Assembly: GCF_009914755.1 (NCBI RefSeq)
Contig: NC_060925.1
Length of the DNA stretch: 64,000 nucleotides
Strand: one strand, 5' to 3'
From: the human T2T-CHM13v2.0 reference genome, Homo sapiens
The first letter of the stretch is position 1; each line of letters begins with the position of its first letter. A model generated the notes under the pieces. It had not been told where the DNA came from. It saw only the letters and a list, made by a program, of their open reading frames with translations, and did not search any database. This document shows positions 36,526-49,180 of the stretch, in pieces. A program made the translations under genes and the position numbers.

Positions 36526-38396
36526 TACTGTCTCTCAGGACTTCCAATTTCTTCCCATTATCAACACATTCTTTCCTCTTTCCCCGCTGTCAGATAAATT
36601 TTCTTGAAGCCCAATTTTGGTGATTTTCATTTCCCCAGTCCTGTGTGCTCTATCTTCTCACTCCACTTTACCATTGCCACTCTAACCTCTCTCATGTCTC
36701 CTTTGAATGATCCCAAATCACCTCCTACTTATTTTCCCTGCTTCTACCCTTGCGTGCCTACAGTGAATACTTAAAACAGTAGCCAGAGGCATTCTTTAGT
36801 AATACAATCTAGATATTTTTGCTGTGTTCAAAATCCCCCAATGGCTTCCCATGTCATTCAGAGTGTAAGTCCTTACAACTGCCTGCAAGGCCCCTGCGGC
36901 CTGGCCCCAGAAATCTCTCTGGCCTCATTTCTTAGTATTCTTTCTCACTCACTCTACTTCAGCCTTAAAGGTCTTGCTAGAGCTTTTGTACTTTCTGTTC
37001 TCTTATTCTCCTTGAGCTGGGGAAGTGGGATTTGCTAACAAGAAGGAGATCCTTGGGTGTGGAGGAGCATTGTGTGAGTGTTTGAAAGAGCTGTGGTGGG
37101 AAAGCTCATGTCTAGCCAAGGGCTCCCCTCCGACACCTACATGACACTGGTGTCTTTGGCTATTTCTCCACTGTTCCTACTAGACTGTGAGCTTTCTAAG
37201 AATGATGTGTGCACCTGGTTCATCTGTGTACCATTACCCCCCTTCCCCAGTTCATGCACAACCTAAGAGCTATAATAACTTTATTGTTATATAAAACACT
37301 GCCCCATTCTGCCCACCCTTGGTAGATGCAGATTCTGTCCACATGTGGGACAGTTATCTTTGTCTTGTCCTCTGGACATCACCTGGTTTCATGCCATAGG
37401 GACCACGAGGCACCAGGAATCAGAGTGAAAGAGAGTTACTGGATTACCACAAACCCATTCCTCCTAAAAAAGAGGAAATGCAGATGGTTTTGGCATATTC
37501 TGCTGTTCTCTGGCTCTTGGCAACCTTTATTCCTGGCTGACACTGAGTAGCAGCTCTAAAAATGTTTGTTGGGCTGAAATTGTAAGGAGCAGGAGAAAAC
37601 CACTGATCTCTACAGCAGTTCCTTATCATTAGATTTCAATCTGGCCCAGGGACTCAGCTGTGGTGTTTTTCACATTTTTATGTTGTGTTACTAAGGACAA
37701 TGTTTTCTGCATCATGTAGGTGACTTCACAAAATAACGTTTTCTTTGGGTACGGGGAAGGAGGTGCTCCCCTTGAGCACTTGATTTGTTCTTATCTTACG
37801 GACACTGTTATTCTAATAATCACAGTGTTTATGAGATAAGGTATAGACAATAATATAATTCTTTTCTTTCCCTATTTTATTTTTGGTTTCTAAGAATCTT
37901 GGAGTGAGATCTGCAGTCTACCTGCAGCAAATATACAGGATCCTGTGGCCTTCATGTTTTACATCAATCATTCCTATATTAATCATTAATCACCTTAGTG
38001 TTCTACACTTATTTTTATTTTCCATTAATTTTCTCACTTACCTCCCTTTGTACTACATGTCTTTTTTGTAACTTTTACAAAATTCTTTCAAAATAAGACA
38101 CAGTTTAAGTAATAATCCTTCGCTATAACAGGTGTTCTCACTATGCACATCATGACACCAGCCACTATCTGCAGAGAATCCAGAAAATTCACTGGCCCAG
38201 AGACTTAGGATTTCTCTTATGGAGGGAACAAAGAAAAAAAAGACCAAAGCACTTCTTCAGACTGTAGCTAACAAGTGGTACTAATGCTCAGAAGCCCACC
38301 CAGAAGCGAGAAATGTGGATAGACTTCCCAGGGATGCAACTATTTAAAGCAAAAATAGTAATCAGTAAGACAAGCCCCACCCCTGCCTGGGTATTT

Positions 38397-38398
<2 letters not shown>

Positions 38399-38434
<36 letters not shown>

Positions 38435-38806
38435 CATTTTTATTTATTTTTATTTTTTTTTTTAATTTTTTTTTTTTATTATACTCTAAGTTTTAGGGTA
38501 CATGTGCACATTGTGCAGGTTAGTTACATATGTATACATGTGCCATGCTGGTGCGCTGCACCCACTAACGTGTCATCTAGCATTAGGTATATCTCCCAAT
38601 GCTATCCCTCCCCCCTCCCCCGACCCCACCACAGTCCCCAGAGTGTGATATTCCCCTTCCTGTGTCCATGTGATCTCATTGTTCAATTCCCACCTATGAG
38701 TGAGAATATGCGGTGTTTGGTTTTTTGTTCTTGCGATAGTTTACTGAGAATGATGGTTTCCAATTTCATCCATGTCCCTACAAAGGACATGAACTCATCA
38801 TTTTTT
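38399..38806 (-). mobile_element. 5'-truncated L1HS pre-Ta insertion
   Basis: ~330 bp of L1 3' end close to L1HS; diagnostic ACG (plus-strand cgt at 38569-38571) and G6015 (c at 38486); ~80-nt poly(A) tail. Confidence 0.9.
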
Positions 38807-40141
38807 GCAGATGTAGCTAGATGCTCAGATGGTCCCCAACTGGCACAGCTGTGCGCAGCTGGGGACTTTAGTACCACATAAGCCAGCAGCTGGGGGAGAG
38901 ATGCACTGTGGCTGGACTATCTCTGTTAAAAAATGCCATCAGCTTTAAACACCTCTTTGGTAGAGGGAGGTCTCCAGACACCTGGGCTCATTCATTCATT
39001 TATTGGCTTCCCACATGAGTCAGGCACTGGGATAGAAAAGTCTAAGAAATACAAACATGGGTAAGGCACAGAGTTTAAGGAAAGGTAAGTGAAATAAACC
39101 TGTTATATACACAGCCTGAATATAAGTGAAGTGTTAAGTGCTGAGAAAAAGTATAGGTAAGCTGCCATGGAAGTTGAGAAGAGGAATGGGTCCCCTTTAG
39201 CTAAAAGATCAGAGAAACTTTCAAAGAATTTAAACCACATTCTGAAGTGGGCAAAATTTCGATATTGCAGGGAGATGGAGTGGTAAAAGCAAATATATGG
39301 AAGTGTTTAAGTGCAGAGTATGTTTGGAGAATGCTAATTAGGTCAGGCTGGCTCACGGAGAGTTGGGTGAAAGTAAGAGATGGTGGGAGATGAAGCTGGA
39401 TGCAATTAGTGGAATTGTGCTTTCTGAGAACTAACCCTATTGCAATGGTTAGACACTGGAGAGAAAATTCTAACAAGGAAACTCTCATGTTATTCTAAGC
39501 AAGAGATAACACTAGGAAAAAATGCTGGAGATATTTCTGAAATAGTATAGACAAAGATGCAGTCAAAAGAACAGACATTTCCTGTTTCTGCTTTCTGCAC
39601 CTTCTCTCTGTCTCTTCCTCCCCCAGACACCTTTCACTCAAACTTGCAAAAAATTCCTGTTGCTTAGTTGTACTCACGTTGTCAAGGTTTCTTCCATAGA
39701 GGGTGGCAATTCACTGGAAAATCAAGGCAATTAGGCAAAGAACATGCTGGGAAAAGAAAATCTGAAGAATTCAGATCAGTTTCATCACTCTTTAATTTAA
39801 TTAGTCACTTAATTACTTCAGCTATTTACTTCTCTGTAGACAGAGGCTGAGTGCCTGAAAGCAGACCCTCCACCATTCCTGACCCAAATGTAACACACGG
39901 CACTGAGACAAATGTGGCTTTGGGTCTTTCCATAAAAGGTCCGCTACTGTTGAACTTGGGATGGGTCTGATTCCTTTTCCTTCCAAGAGTTAATAGCTAA
40001 ATTTACTCTAGATTCCTCTATTTATTGCATCACTGTTCTGCATGACCAGGGAGTCTTGGGGTATAATTGGAACTTCATATCTTCAGAAAACCAGCTTACA
40101 TCTCTGAGTGGTATCCCAAATCACCTCTTATTTCCTCATTA

Positions 40142-40230
40142 TTCCCATCCAAGTACTAACCAGGCCCAACCCTACTTAGTTTCTGAGATGAGATGATATT
40201 GAGCGCTTTCAGGGTGTTATGACTGTAGGC
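40142..40230 (-). pseudogene. Tailless 5S rRNA retropseudogene (nt ~1-89)
   Basis: Reverse complement matches 5S (..gggcctggttagtacttggatggga); flanked by perfect 14-bp TSD ttatttcctcatta. Confidence 0.92.
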
Positions 40231-40699
40231 TTATTTCCTCATTACTAAGGCCATTCCAGATTCCTAAGCTTTACCTGGTCCCGCCCATAGCTTCATTTCC
40301 TACTATGCCTCCACCCTATTTCCCAGTCATCCAGAATAACTTGCAGTTCCCCAAGCATACACTGTCTGCTATGTCAAGGCATTTACACATGTTATTCCTC
40401 AATGCCTGGAAAGCACTTTCCTGCCCTTCCTAACTTGCTGAATCCTCCTTGCCCTGTACGTTCAGCTCACCCATTACTTCCTTGACTTCCTACCTCAGTT
40501 AGATGCCTGTTCCAAGTCACCTGGGTTTATCTCTGTCAGAACTCCATTCGTTCATTCCTTAAATTGATATTATTGAATAATTAACCGTACACCAGGTACT
40601 ATTCTGGGTTCTGCATACATCAGAGGTAACGAGACAGACAAAGACTCTGCCAGGTAAATGTGTATGGGTAGCACAACCTATTAAAAAGTGGGGATGACT

Positions 40700-41880
40700 G
40701 CTGAAAGAAATCAGATATGACACAAACAAGTGGAAAAACATTCTGTGCTAATGGATAGGAAGAATCAATAGTGTTAAAATGGCCATACTACCCAAAGTGA
40801 TTTCCACATTCAGTATTATTCCTATCAAACTACCAACAATATATTTCACAGAATTAGAAAAATATATTCTAAAATTCATATGGAATCAAAAAAGAGCCTG
40901 AATGGCCAAAGCAATACATGCAAAAAGATCAAAGCCAAAGGCATCACACTACCCAACTTCAAGCTATAATATGAGGCTACGGTAACAAAAACAGCATGGT
41001 ACTAGTACAGAAACAAACACATAGACCAATGTAACAGGTTAGAGAAGTCAGAAATGAAGCTGCACACCCACAACCATCTCATTTTTTGACGAAGTCAACA
41101 ATAACAAGCAATAGGGAAAGGACCCCCTATTCAATCAGTGGTTCTGGGATAACTACCTAACCATATGCAGATGATTGAAACTGGACCCCTTCCTTTCACC
41201 ATATACAAAAATCAACTCAGAATGGATAAAGCCTAAGACTATAAAAACTCTAGAAGAAAACCTAGGAAATATCATTCCAGACATAGGCCATAGCAAAGTT
41301 TCATGACCAAGACTCCAAAAGCAATTGCAACAAAAACAAAAATGGACGGCAATCCCATTTATACCCAAAGAAATAAAAATTGTTTTGCCATAAAGACACA
41401 TGCACATGTATATTCTTCGCGGCACTGTTCACGATAGCAAAGACATAGAATCAACCTAGATGCCCATCGACTGAATAAATAAAATGTGGTACATATACAT
41501 AACAGAATACTATACACCCATAAAACATAATGAAATCATGTCCTTTGCAGCAATTTGGATACAGCTGGAGCCATTATCATAAACCAATTAACACAGGAAC
41601 AAAAAACCAAATACAGCATGCTGCCATTTGTAAATGGGAGCAAAACACTGGGTACATATGGACACTAAGAAGGGAACAATAGACACCAGCACTTACTTGA
41701 GGGTGGAGAATGGGAAGAGAGTGAGGATAAAAAAACTACCTATTGGGTGCTATGCTTACTACTTGTATGACAAAATAATGTGTGCTACCAAACCCCTGCA
41801 ACACAAAATCTATCCATGTAACAAACCTGCACATGTACTCCCTCAACCTAAAATAAAAACTGGAAAAATATAAAGAATAG
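40700..41880 (+). mobile_element. L1PA15/16-like 3' fragment with internal deletion
   Basis: ORF2 C-terminal remnants, a jump at ~41345, then 3'UTR aaaaactacctattgggt..aacaaacctgcacatgtac and A-tail. Confidence 0.85.
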
Positions 41881-41999
41881 AATAACAATTACATAAAATG
41901 AAAAACAAATTTTTTGAGCAAAGACTATACAAAGTCAGACTGGAAAATATATTTGTGATATCTGTGACATAATACTTTTATGCTTAACTTTTAAAATAT

Positions 42000-42105
42000 G
42001 TCAACAACCACACGAGCATCTGTTATTTTTTGACTTTTTAATAACAGCCATTCTGTCTTGTGTGAAATGGTATCTCATTGTGATTTTGATTTGAATTTCT
42101 CAATA
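42000..42105 (-). mobile_element. L1 ORF2 fragment
   Basis: tttttgactttttaataacagccattct..tgtgaaatggtatctcattgtg. Confidence 0.7.
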
Positions 42106-42608
42106 ATAAAGAACCTAATTTTAAAATGTAAAGAAAACAAACAAACCAAAAAATGGTGATAAGATCCAAGATGGGGCAAAACAGTGAGCTGAACTTGAAC
42201 TGCTGGCTTTCTTTTCTAATTTCCCTGTTGTGCTGTGAGTTCTCTGAGGTCAGGAAACTAGTCTAGTGTCTCTTACTAATCAGGTGCTTAATAAGTTTTG
42301 AAAGAATAGGTGGAAGTTGACTACTAATGGGGAAGACTCAGGTCATTTCGGGACTCATCTGGTCTCAGAATTCCAGTGAGGTGAGTAGTTGTTTGACTCC
42401 TAGTTATCATCGGATTGCAGTCGCTGAGGCTTGAAAGGGACCTTAAAAAGAATGTGACTATATATCCTGGTTTACCTGGCACAATCCCAGTTGACATCTG
42501 TTGTTCTGGCATCCTGTCAGGTTTAGCATTTATTCCAGATTTGTTTTCTTTCAATGACATATTTTAATTTTATTAAAGTAGGCTAAGGTGGGTTTGGTAG
42601 ACCTCTAC

Positions 42609-42903
42609 TTTTTTTTTTTTTTTCGAGGCAGAGTCTTGCTCCATCACCCGGGCTGGAGTGCAGTGGCGCGATCTCGGCTCACTGCAACCTCTGCCTCCTG
42701 GCTTCAAGTGATTCTCCTGCCTCAGCCTTTGGAGCAGCTAGGACTACAGGAGTGAGCCCCACGCCCAGCTAATTTTTGTATTTTTAGTAGAATGGGGTTT
42801 CACCATATTGGCCAGGCTGGTCTCAAACTTCTGACCTCGTGATCCCCCCCACCTCGGCCTCCCAAAGTGCTGAGATTACAGGTGTGAACCACCACCCCCA
42901 GCC
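42609..42903 (-). mobile_element. AluS-type SINE
   Basis: Reverse Alu dimer with poly-T. Confidence 0.95.
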
Positions 42904-44404
42904 TTCCCACATTCTACCACAGTTAGTCTCATTTAGTAGTACATGAGAAGCTTGATTAATAAACAGAATTCTCACTTTAACATATGATAAAATTGGAAGG
43001 ATACTAGCAATAATCTGTTTCTCTTTTCCTAACCCTTCTTGGTGCAATGTAACAAAATCACCTTTCCCAGGACAGCATTCAAGCTGCTTATTGATAAGTC
43101 ACAGAGCTCTTGGATATGAGTGGCTCATGTGGCCAAGGTCACCTTTGGTCTGGTGGTGGGGGAAGAAGTTTTCATTGCCACTGGTGCTGCTAGTTACTTT
43201 GTGTACCAGCTAGTTATGCCATGGACTATACCATGACTTAAGAGATGCTCAAAGCTACTAGACAATGAAAGAGAGTCATTTACAGTAAGTGGAAACATGG
43301 AAAATCGTTGGTTAGGTGTCCCTGCAATAACTGCACAAAATATAACCTAATAGCTTTGTCAGAGAGTACAGGGAGAACAATCTGAAGTTTCTTTGTTATA
43401 GTGATTTTGTCATTTATTTGTGTGGTATAAGTCTCCAACTATGTTATTGTTCCGCAAGACTTTTTTTTTTTTTTTTTTTGCAGTAAACCTTTTGAGAAGC
43501 AGAAAGTTAAAAATGGGAGTGTAAGTTTAATGAAATATTAAGAAGTAAATTTGTATCTCAAGAAAGATGATGACGAATGTGGAAATTGCAAAAAAAAAAA
43601 GTTTGTAAACAGTTACTGTCCACTGTGGGGAATGGCAACCAAATAAAACCAGAAAACTCCAATCTGCTTAAGAAACATCAGCATCTCCCTCAAAAGTTTG
43701 TTGTTATTTTAAGAAGACTGTGGCCTTATGATTTAATAAGTTAAGTTTTGCAGAGTACAATTATATAGTACTCTGTGAAGCATGAACTTTAACTTAGATT
43801 AAATGATATATTTTCTAAATGAATGTCACTCATGTTTGTTTCTGAATCTTCTTGTGCAAAAAGATTCAATCATTTTTTGCAATCTATATGTGCCAAAAAT
43901 AAACCATAGCATATTAGATATGATTAGATGTGTTTTGTAATGTGGCTATCCCTCTGGAGTGAAAAAGTGTCAACTCTGCCATTTTCTTCTTGTTTCCTTA
44001 TGCTTGCATTAAGGGAACTATCTTCAAACCCAAGTTTCCTTGGAGGAGTCATTTTTTTTTTTAAGGCTACTTGTCCACCTTAGGAGAATTGGTTGAGATC
44101 AATGCAGATATTGTAATTTGTGTATGCAACTAAACCAAGTCCAAGTAAACTACAGTCAGCTGACAGTATAGTGAGGGTATATATCACTTCACTCAGGTGT
44201 GTGTGGGGGATTAGCATTCTTTCCTTATAGCTTCTTGCATATTAAGTTTGACTACCAGACATTCAGATTGAGCAAGGATACTGATACAAACAGTATTTTA
44301 ACTATGAGTGGAATATAATAACTTTACCATAAATAGTAAATATAATGATACATTTTAATACTTTTTAGTAATGTTTCACTTTGAAGACCTCTACCATAGA
44401 CAAT

Positions 44405-44660
44405 TCTTATCTTCCTGGTTTTGAGACCCAATTTCACCACAAGTCTTCCTGGTTTTGAGACCCAATTTCACCACAAGTAAGAGCGTAACCTTAGGTAAAT
44501 TGATTAACTCCTTTGTCACTATGTCCTTTATCTGTAAAGTGGGTATAATAATAGGCATCTAACTTATAAAACTTTTATGAGGATTTAATGAGTTAATATA
44601 TGTAAAGCAGTTAGAATTGTCCTTAGAACCTAGTAAACAGTCAGGTTTGCATTTGTTGTT
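44405..44660 (+). mobile_element. MIR
   Basis: accttaggtaaattgattaac..tatctgtaaagtggg..gaggatttaatgagttaatatatgtaaagc. Confidence 0.75.
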
Positions 44661-47619
44661 TTCATCACTATTGTTATTATAGTGATTATTATTATTTTGC
44701 ATAAATTTACTGAAATATTTGTGCCAAGTCCTGTGAATAACTAGATAATGATTAAGATAGTATAAATAACAGAAGGGTTCACCAAGAAATGATGACAATA
44801 TCCTCTGGTTCTTGGGGAGGACCAGCCATATTTTCACTCTTCATGGTCTGTGTATGCCTGAACCAAACAGGAAAAGCTCTGGGCCCTGAGAGGGCTACAG
44901 AACTAGGTACTATCCCGGGCTTAGCCATCAACTAACCTAAACTTGCTCATAGAATACAATGGGGATAATAGTGCCTACTTTGCAAGATGATTAAGAGGGA
45001 ATTGCATCGGATCTTGGGTGTAAAGAGGCTAAAACTGCCTAGGAAATTTAGGTGCAAAGACATTTAAAACAAGTCTGAACCCATGAAGCTTATTTGTTTT
45101 CTACCCTAGACAAAACGAGTTTGGTCATTCCTAACACGGCCAGGTTCTTTGGCAGGAATAGCTTGAGAGAGCAGTAAGGCTAGAGGTATAGCTCTTGACG
45201 GACTCATGGTGGAGGCTATTCAACGCAGATTTCTCAAGTCGTCATAGCACCATGGGTTAAAGGAAGAAAAATATTGATGTTTGATTGAATTACTTCTATA
45301 GGTCAGATCATGTATCACTGCTGTGACCTAAACAATGAGCCGGTGCAGGAGGAATGCACAGCTGAGACTGATGAGATAAACCTTCCACAGCCCTGACTCC
45401 TCCAAGACCCAGTAAATTGCTTCCCTTATTTAATTACAAATTAATTGAAAACACTCCCGTGCTGATAAAACAATACTAGTCCCTGATTTGTTGATAATAG
45501 CCTAATCCTCCTGTAATAGTCCCATAGACACCATCACATGATTATGTCATCAATTTTACACTTGCAGGGGCTGGATAAACATGGCTGCCTGAGGTTCAGG
45601 AAAAGGATAAACACACAGAGAGGTGTACTTTAGAAAGGATAATTTAAAGGTAAGTTTGGCATCAGATGGTGCTGGATTGATTCCTGGTTCTGCCAGTCAC
45701 TAGCTAGGAGGCATTTTGGAGCCCTTGGAGCACTTGAAGATTAATAAATACATGAAACAGACTAGCACTGTGCTTGTCACATAGTGTGGAATTCATTATT
45801 GATAGCTGCATTATTTTTTCTCTCCCCTTGTTTGCAGTTAGGGGTACTCATGCTTTTCTTTCAGTTAAGAAGATAACCTTAGTTCCAGGGCTGTCAGTAA
45901 TTATATTGATACACTTTCCAGCATCCAGAGCCCCTTCTTCATCTGGTTGTCTGTACCCACCAGGGCAATTTCCAACCCATGGTTGCTCCTTTTTTCCTAC
46001 TACAAAGCTTGCTCATGCTTGATCCCAAGACTTTCTAAAGTAGGAAAGGGTCCCATTGAATGTGGTGGACACTGACATTACTGTCTCCCCAACACCGCTC
46101 ATGCCTGGTTAAGGCAACTAAGGAAATATTTTTGCAAGTAAGAACAGGAACACATAATAGCAAATGAAGTAGCATTTTAAAGCATAGGACTCACTTTAAA
46201 GGGGCAAGTAAGAAAGAGTTAATGTTAGCACTCAAAGGATTTTGAAGTCTAGGCCCTTTACTTGGTCAGGGTACACAGTCCCCATTAAAATAAGAGTCTT
46301 TTCTCTCCATGACGATTGTCAGAATAACAAAATTTTACTTATAGGAAGGGTAACTTACTTTCATGCTCTTTTAGATAGAGCAGAAACTGAGATGCTGTAC
46401 CTTTATTTCTGTGATTGAAATTTTGAAAATAGAGCAGAAGAAAACTACACACTGGATTTACCTATATTAATGGAGAGGATGGATGGTCTTCTCATAGTTT
46501 TCATCTTAAAGAAGAAAAAAGGGAAAAGTGTATGACATGTCCACCAAGCAGAGAGGTACATTTCTATGAGTTATGTCTGAGAAACACTAAAGATTCATAG
46601 TCAGAGGGTTCTTAGCCCACTTTCTACTCTCTTACCAGTTCTCACCCCAAAGCTCCAGAAGAAGGCCCAAGAGAGAAAGATAGGCATGGAATGCAATCTT
46701 TATTAAGTGTTTGTGCTGTTTTTGAAACTGTCTAGAAGAAACTGTCCTCTGTTCAATAGATATGGTGAGGGAGCAGTCAAGGGTGGGAAGATAATCAATA
46801 TTTAAATAAATCCTTGGTCAAATTAAAAAACACATTATGGCAGAAGTCAAAGGATTTACAGAAAATATATATACATGGGCGCAGGGAGATAATTTGCCCC
46901 CTCCTTCTCTACAGCCTCTGGCTTACACTTTTTCACTGTGCTTTTCTCGTGGCATCTCTGGGTTTGCTCTGGGCCATAAGGCTTTGAGGGCTGGTGTGGG
47001 TCTTTATCATCTTCTTCATCTTTGAATCTGAATATCTGACACATAGCAGAAAATCAGTAAATATTTGCTCTATGCAAGAGTTAGAAAAGAGAAAAAAATC
47101 ATGGAAGAAGAAACTAGAGAACCAAAAAGTCATTCAAATTTAATCAGAAAGTAAAATATGACTTTGCATGTACTGTAAACAAAGATATAATGTTTTTGGA
47201 TTTGAAAGTTGATAAGTCAGCATCACCTCACACAACTATTTAAGCTACATGTAGACATCACTAGACTCAAAGTCACAACAACTTGAAGCATAATGCAAAC
47301 AACGGTTCACCGAGGTGAAGATAAAGTAAACTTCTCAAATTCAAAGCATGTTTAGACCAGGCCTATCTCCATCACCCTAAGTGACTAATTTGCCATTTAT
47401 TGAGTCAGATCATCTAATTGGTAGAGCCAAGTTAAAATATTGATGGCAGAATTCAGCAGTCCAGATGTCTTGCTAGATCTCATCTTGCTAAAATCAGAAA
47501 AAGCATCAGATAAATTTCTGATTTGCCTTGCTAATAATTTCAGATCCCCTATTGTATAGAAATCATTGAAGGGACTTAGCCTAAAGTATCATTCTGATCA
47601 ACCAAAAAGAATGAGTTTA

Positions 47620-48440
<821 letters not shown>

Positions 48441-48779
48441 TGGGAGAATGAAAGCTGAGATGGCAAAGAAGAGGGTTCATAAAAGGCAGAGTTGTACCAA
48501 ATATACATTTTGACAGAATGCCAAATGGCTAGGAGTTAAAATTAATATCTGACTAAAATCAAGGCCTAAGTCAAATGTGACTTTGGAATAAGAATAAACT
48601 AGACATTTTCAAAAAGTGTAATTTATTATTTAAAATATCATTCGTGCATACCCACAAGATGAAAGGAGAGTGATATTTGTTGGAAAGGTATGTGCAAAAA
48701 GATTGCCTATTATTCTCCAAGCAATTGAACTGAAGCAGGGGAAGTCTCCAAATCCTTAGAAAAAATTATAGAAAATTCA

Positions 48780-49180
48780 AAGCAACAAGATAAGGATGAA
48801 TGATGTAATCGTTTCATGGGTGGAGCAGGACTGTTCTTGAAGCATCAAACATCAATGTGTCAGAAACTCCCTGCTGACCAAATAGAAGGGCATCACGGAG
48901 CATTCTTTTAAGAAATACTGCGTTATATATATTCTCCATGGTACAGAAGGTGATATTGTCGGGCAAAATATGGACAAAAAGTGAGTTAGATGAGTTGGAC
49001 TCAGAAAGTCATAGGTGACAATGTATTTTCTTTATATTTTCCTTTCATATATGCACAAGATGAATGTGATAACTATGTCTAACTTACTCTAAGATAGTTT
49101 TTTTTGAAGTATCAACATTCCAAATGATGAGAAAAAAAATGTTACTAGTTAAATTGAAAAGTTTGACATCATAATGTAGA
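48780..49180 (+). mobile_element. TcMar-Tigger-like DNA transposon remnant
   Basis: cattcttttaagaaatactgc resembles the pogo/Tigger C-terminal SFKKC motif. Confidence 0.35.

Noticed and set aside
43480-43760. Possible hAT/Charlie transposase C-terminal remnant (..KKHQHLP)
   Set aside because: Similarity too short to support without a search
47440-47520. Possible CR1-like endonuclease remnant (DVLLDLIL)
   Set aside because: Single short motif, could be chance
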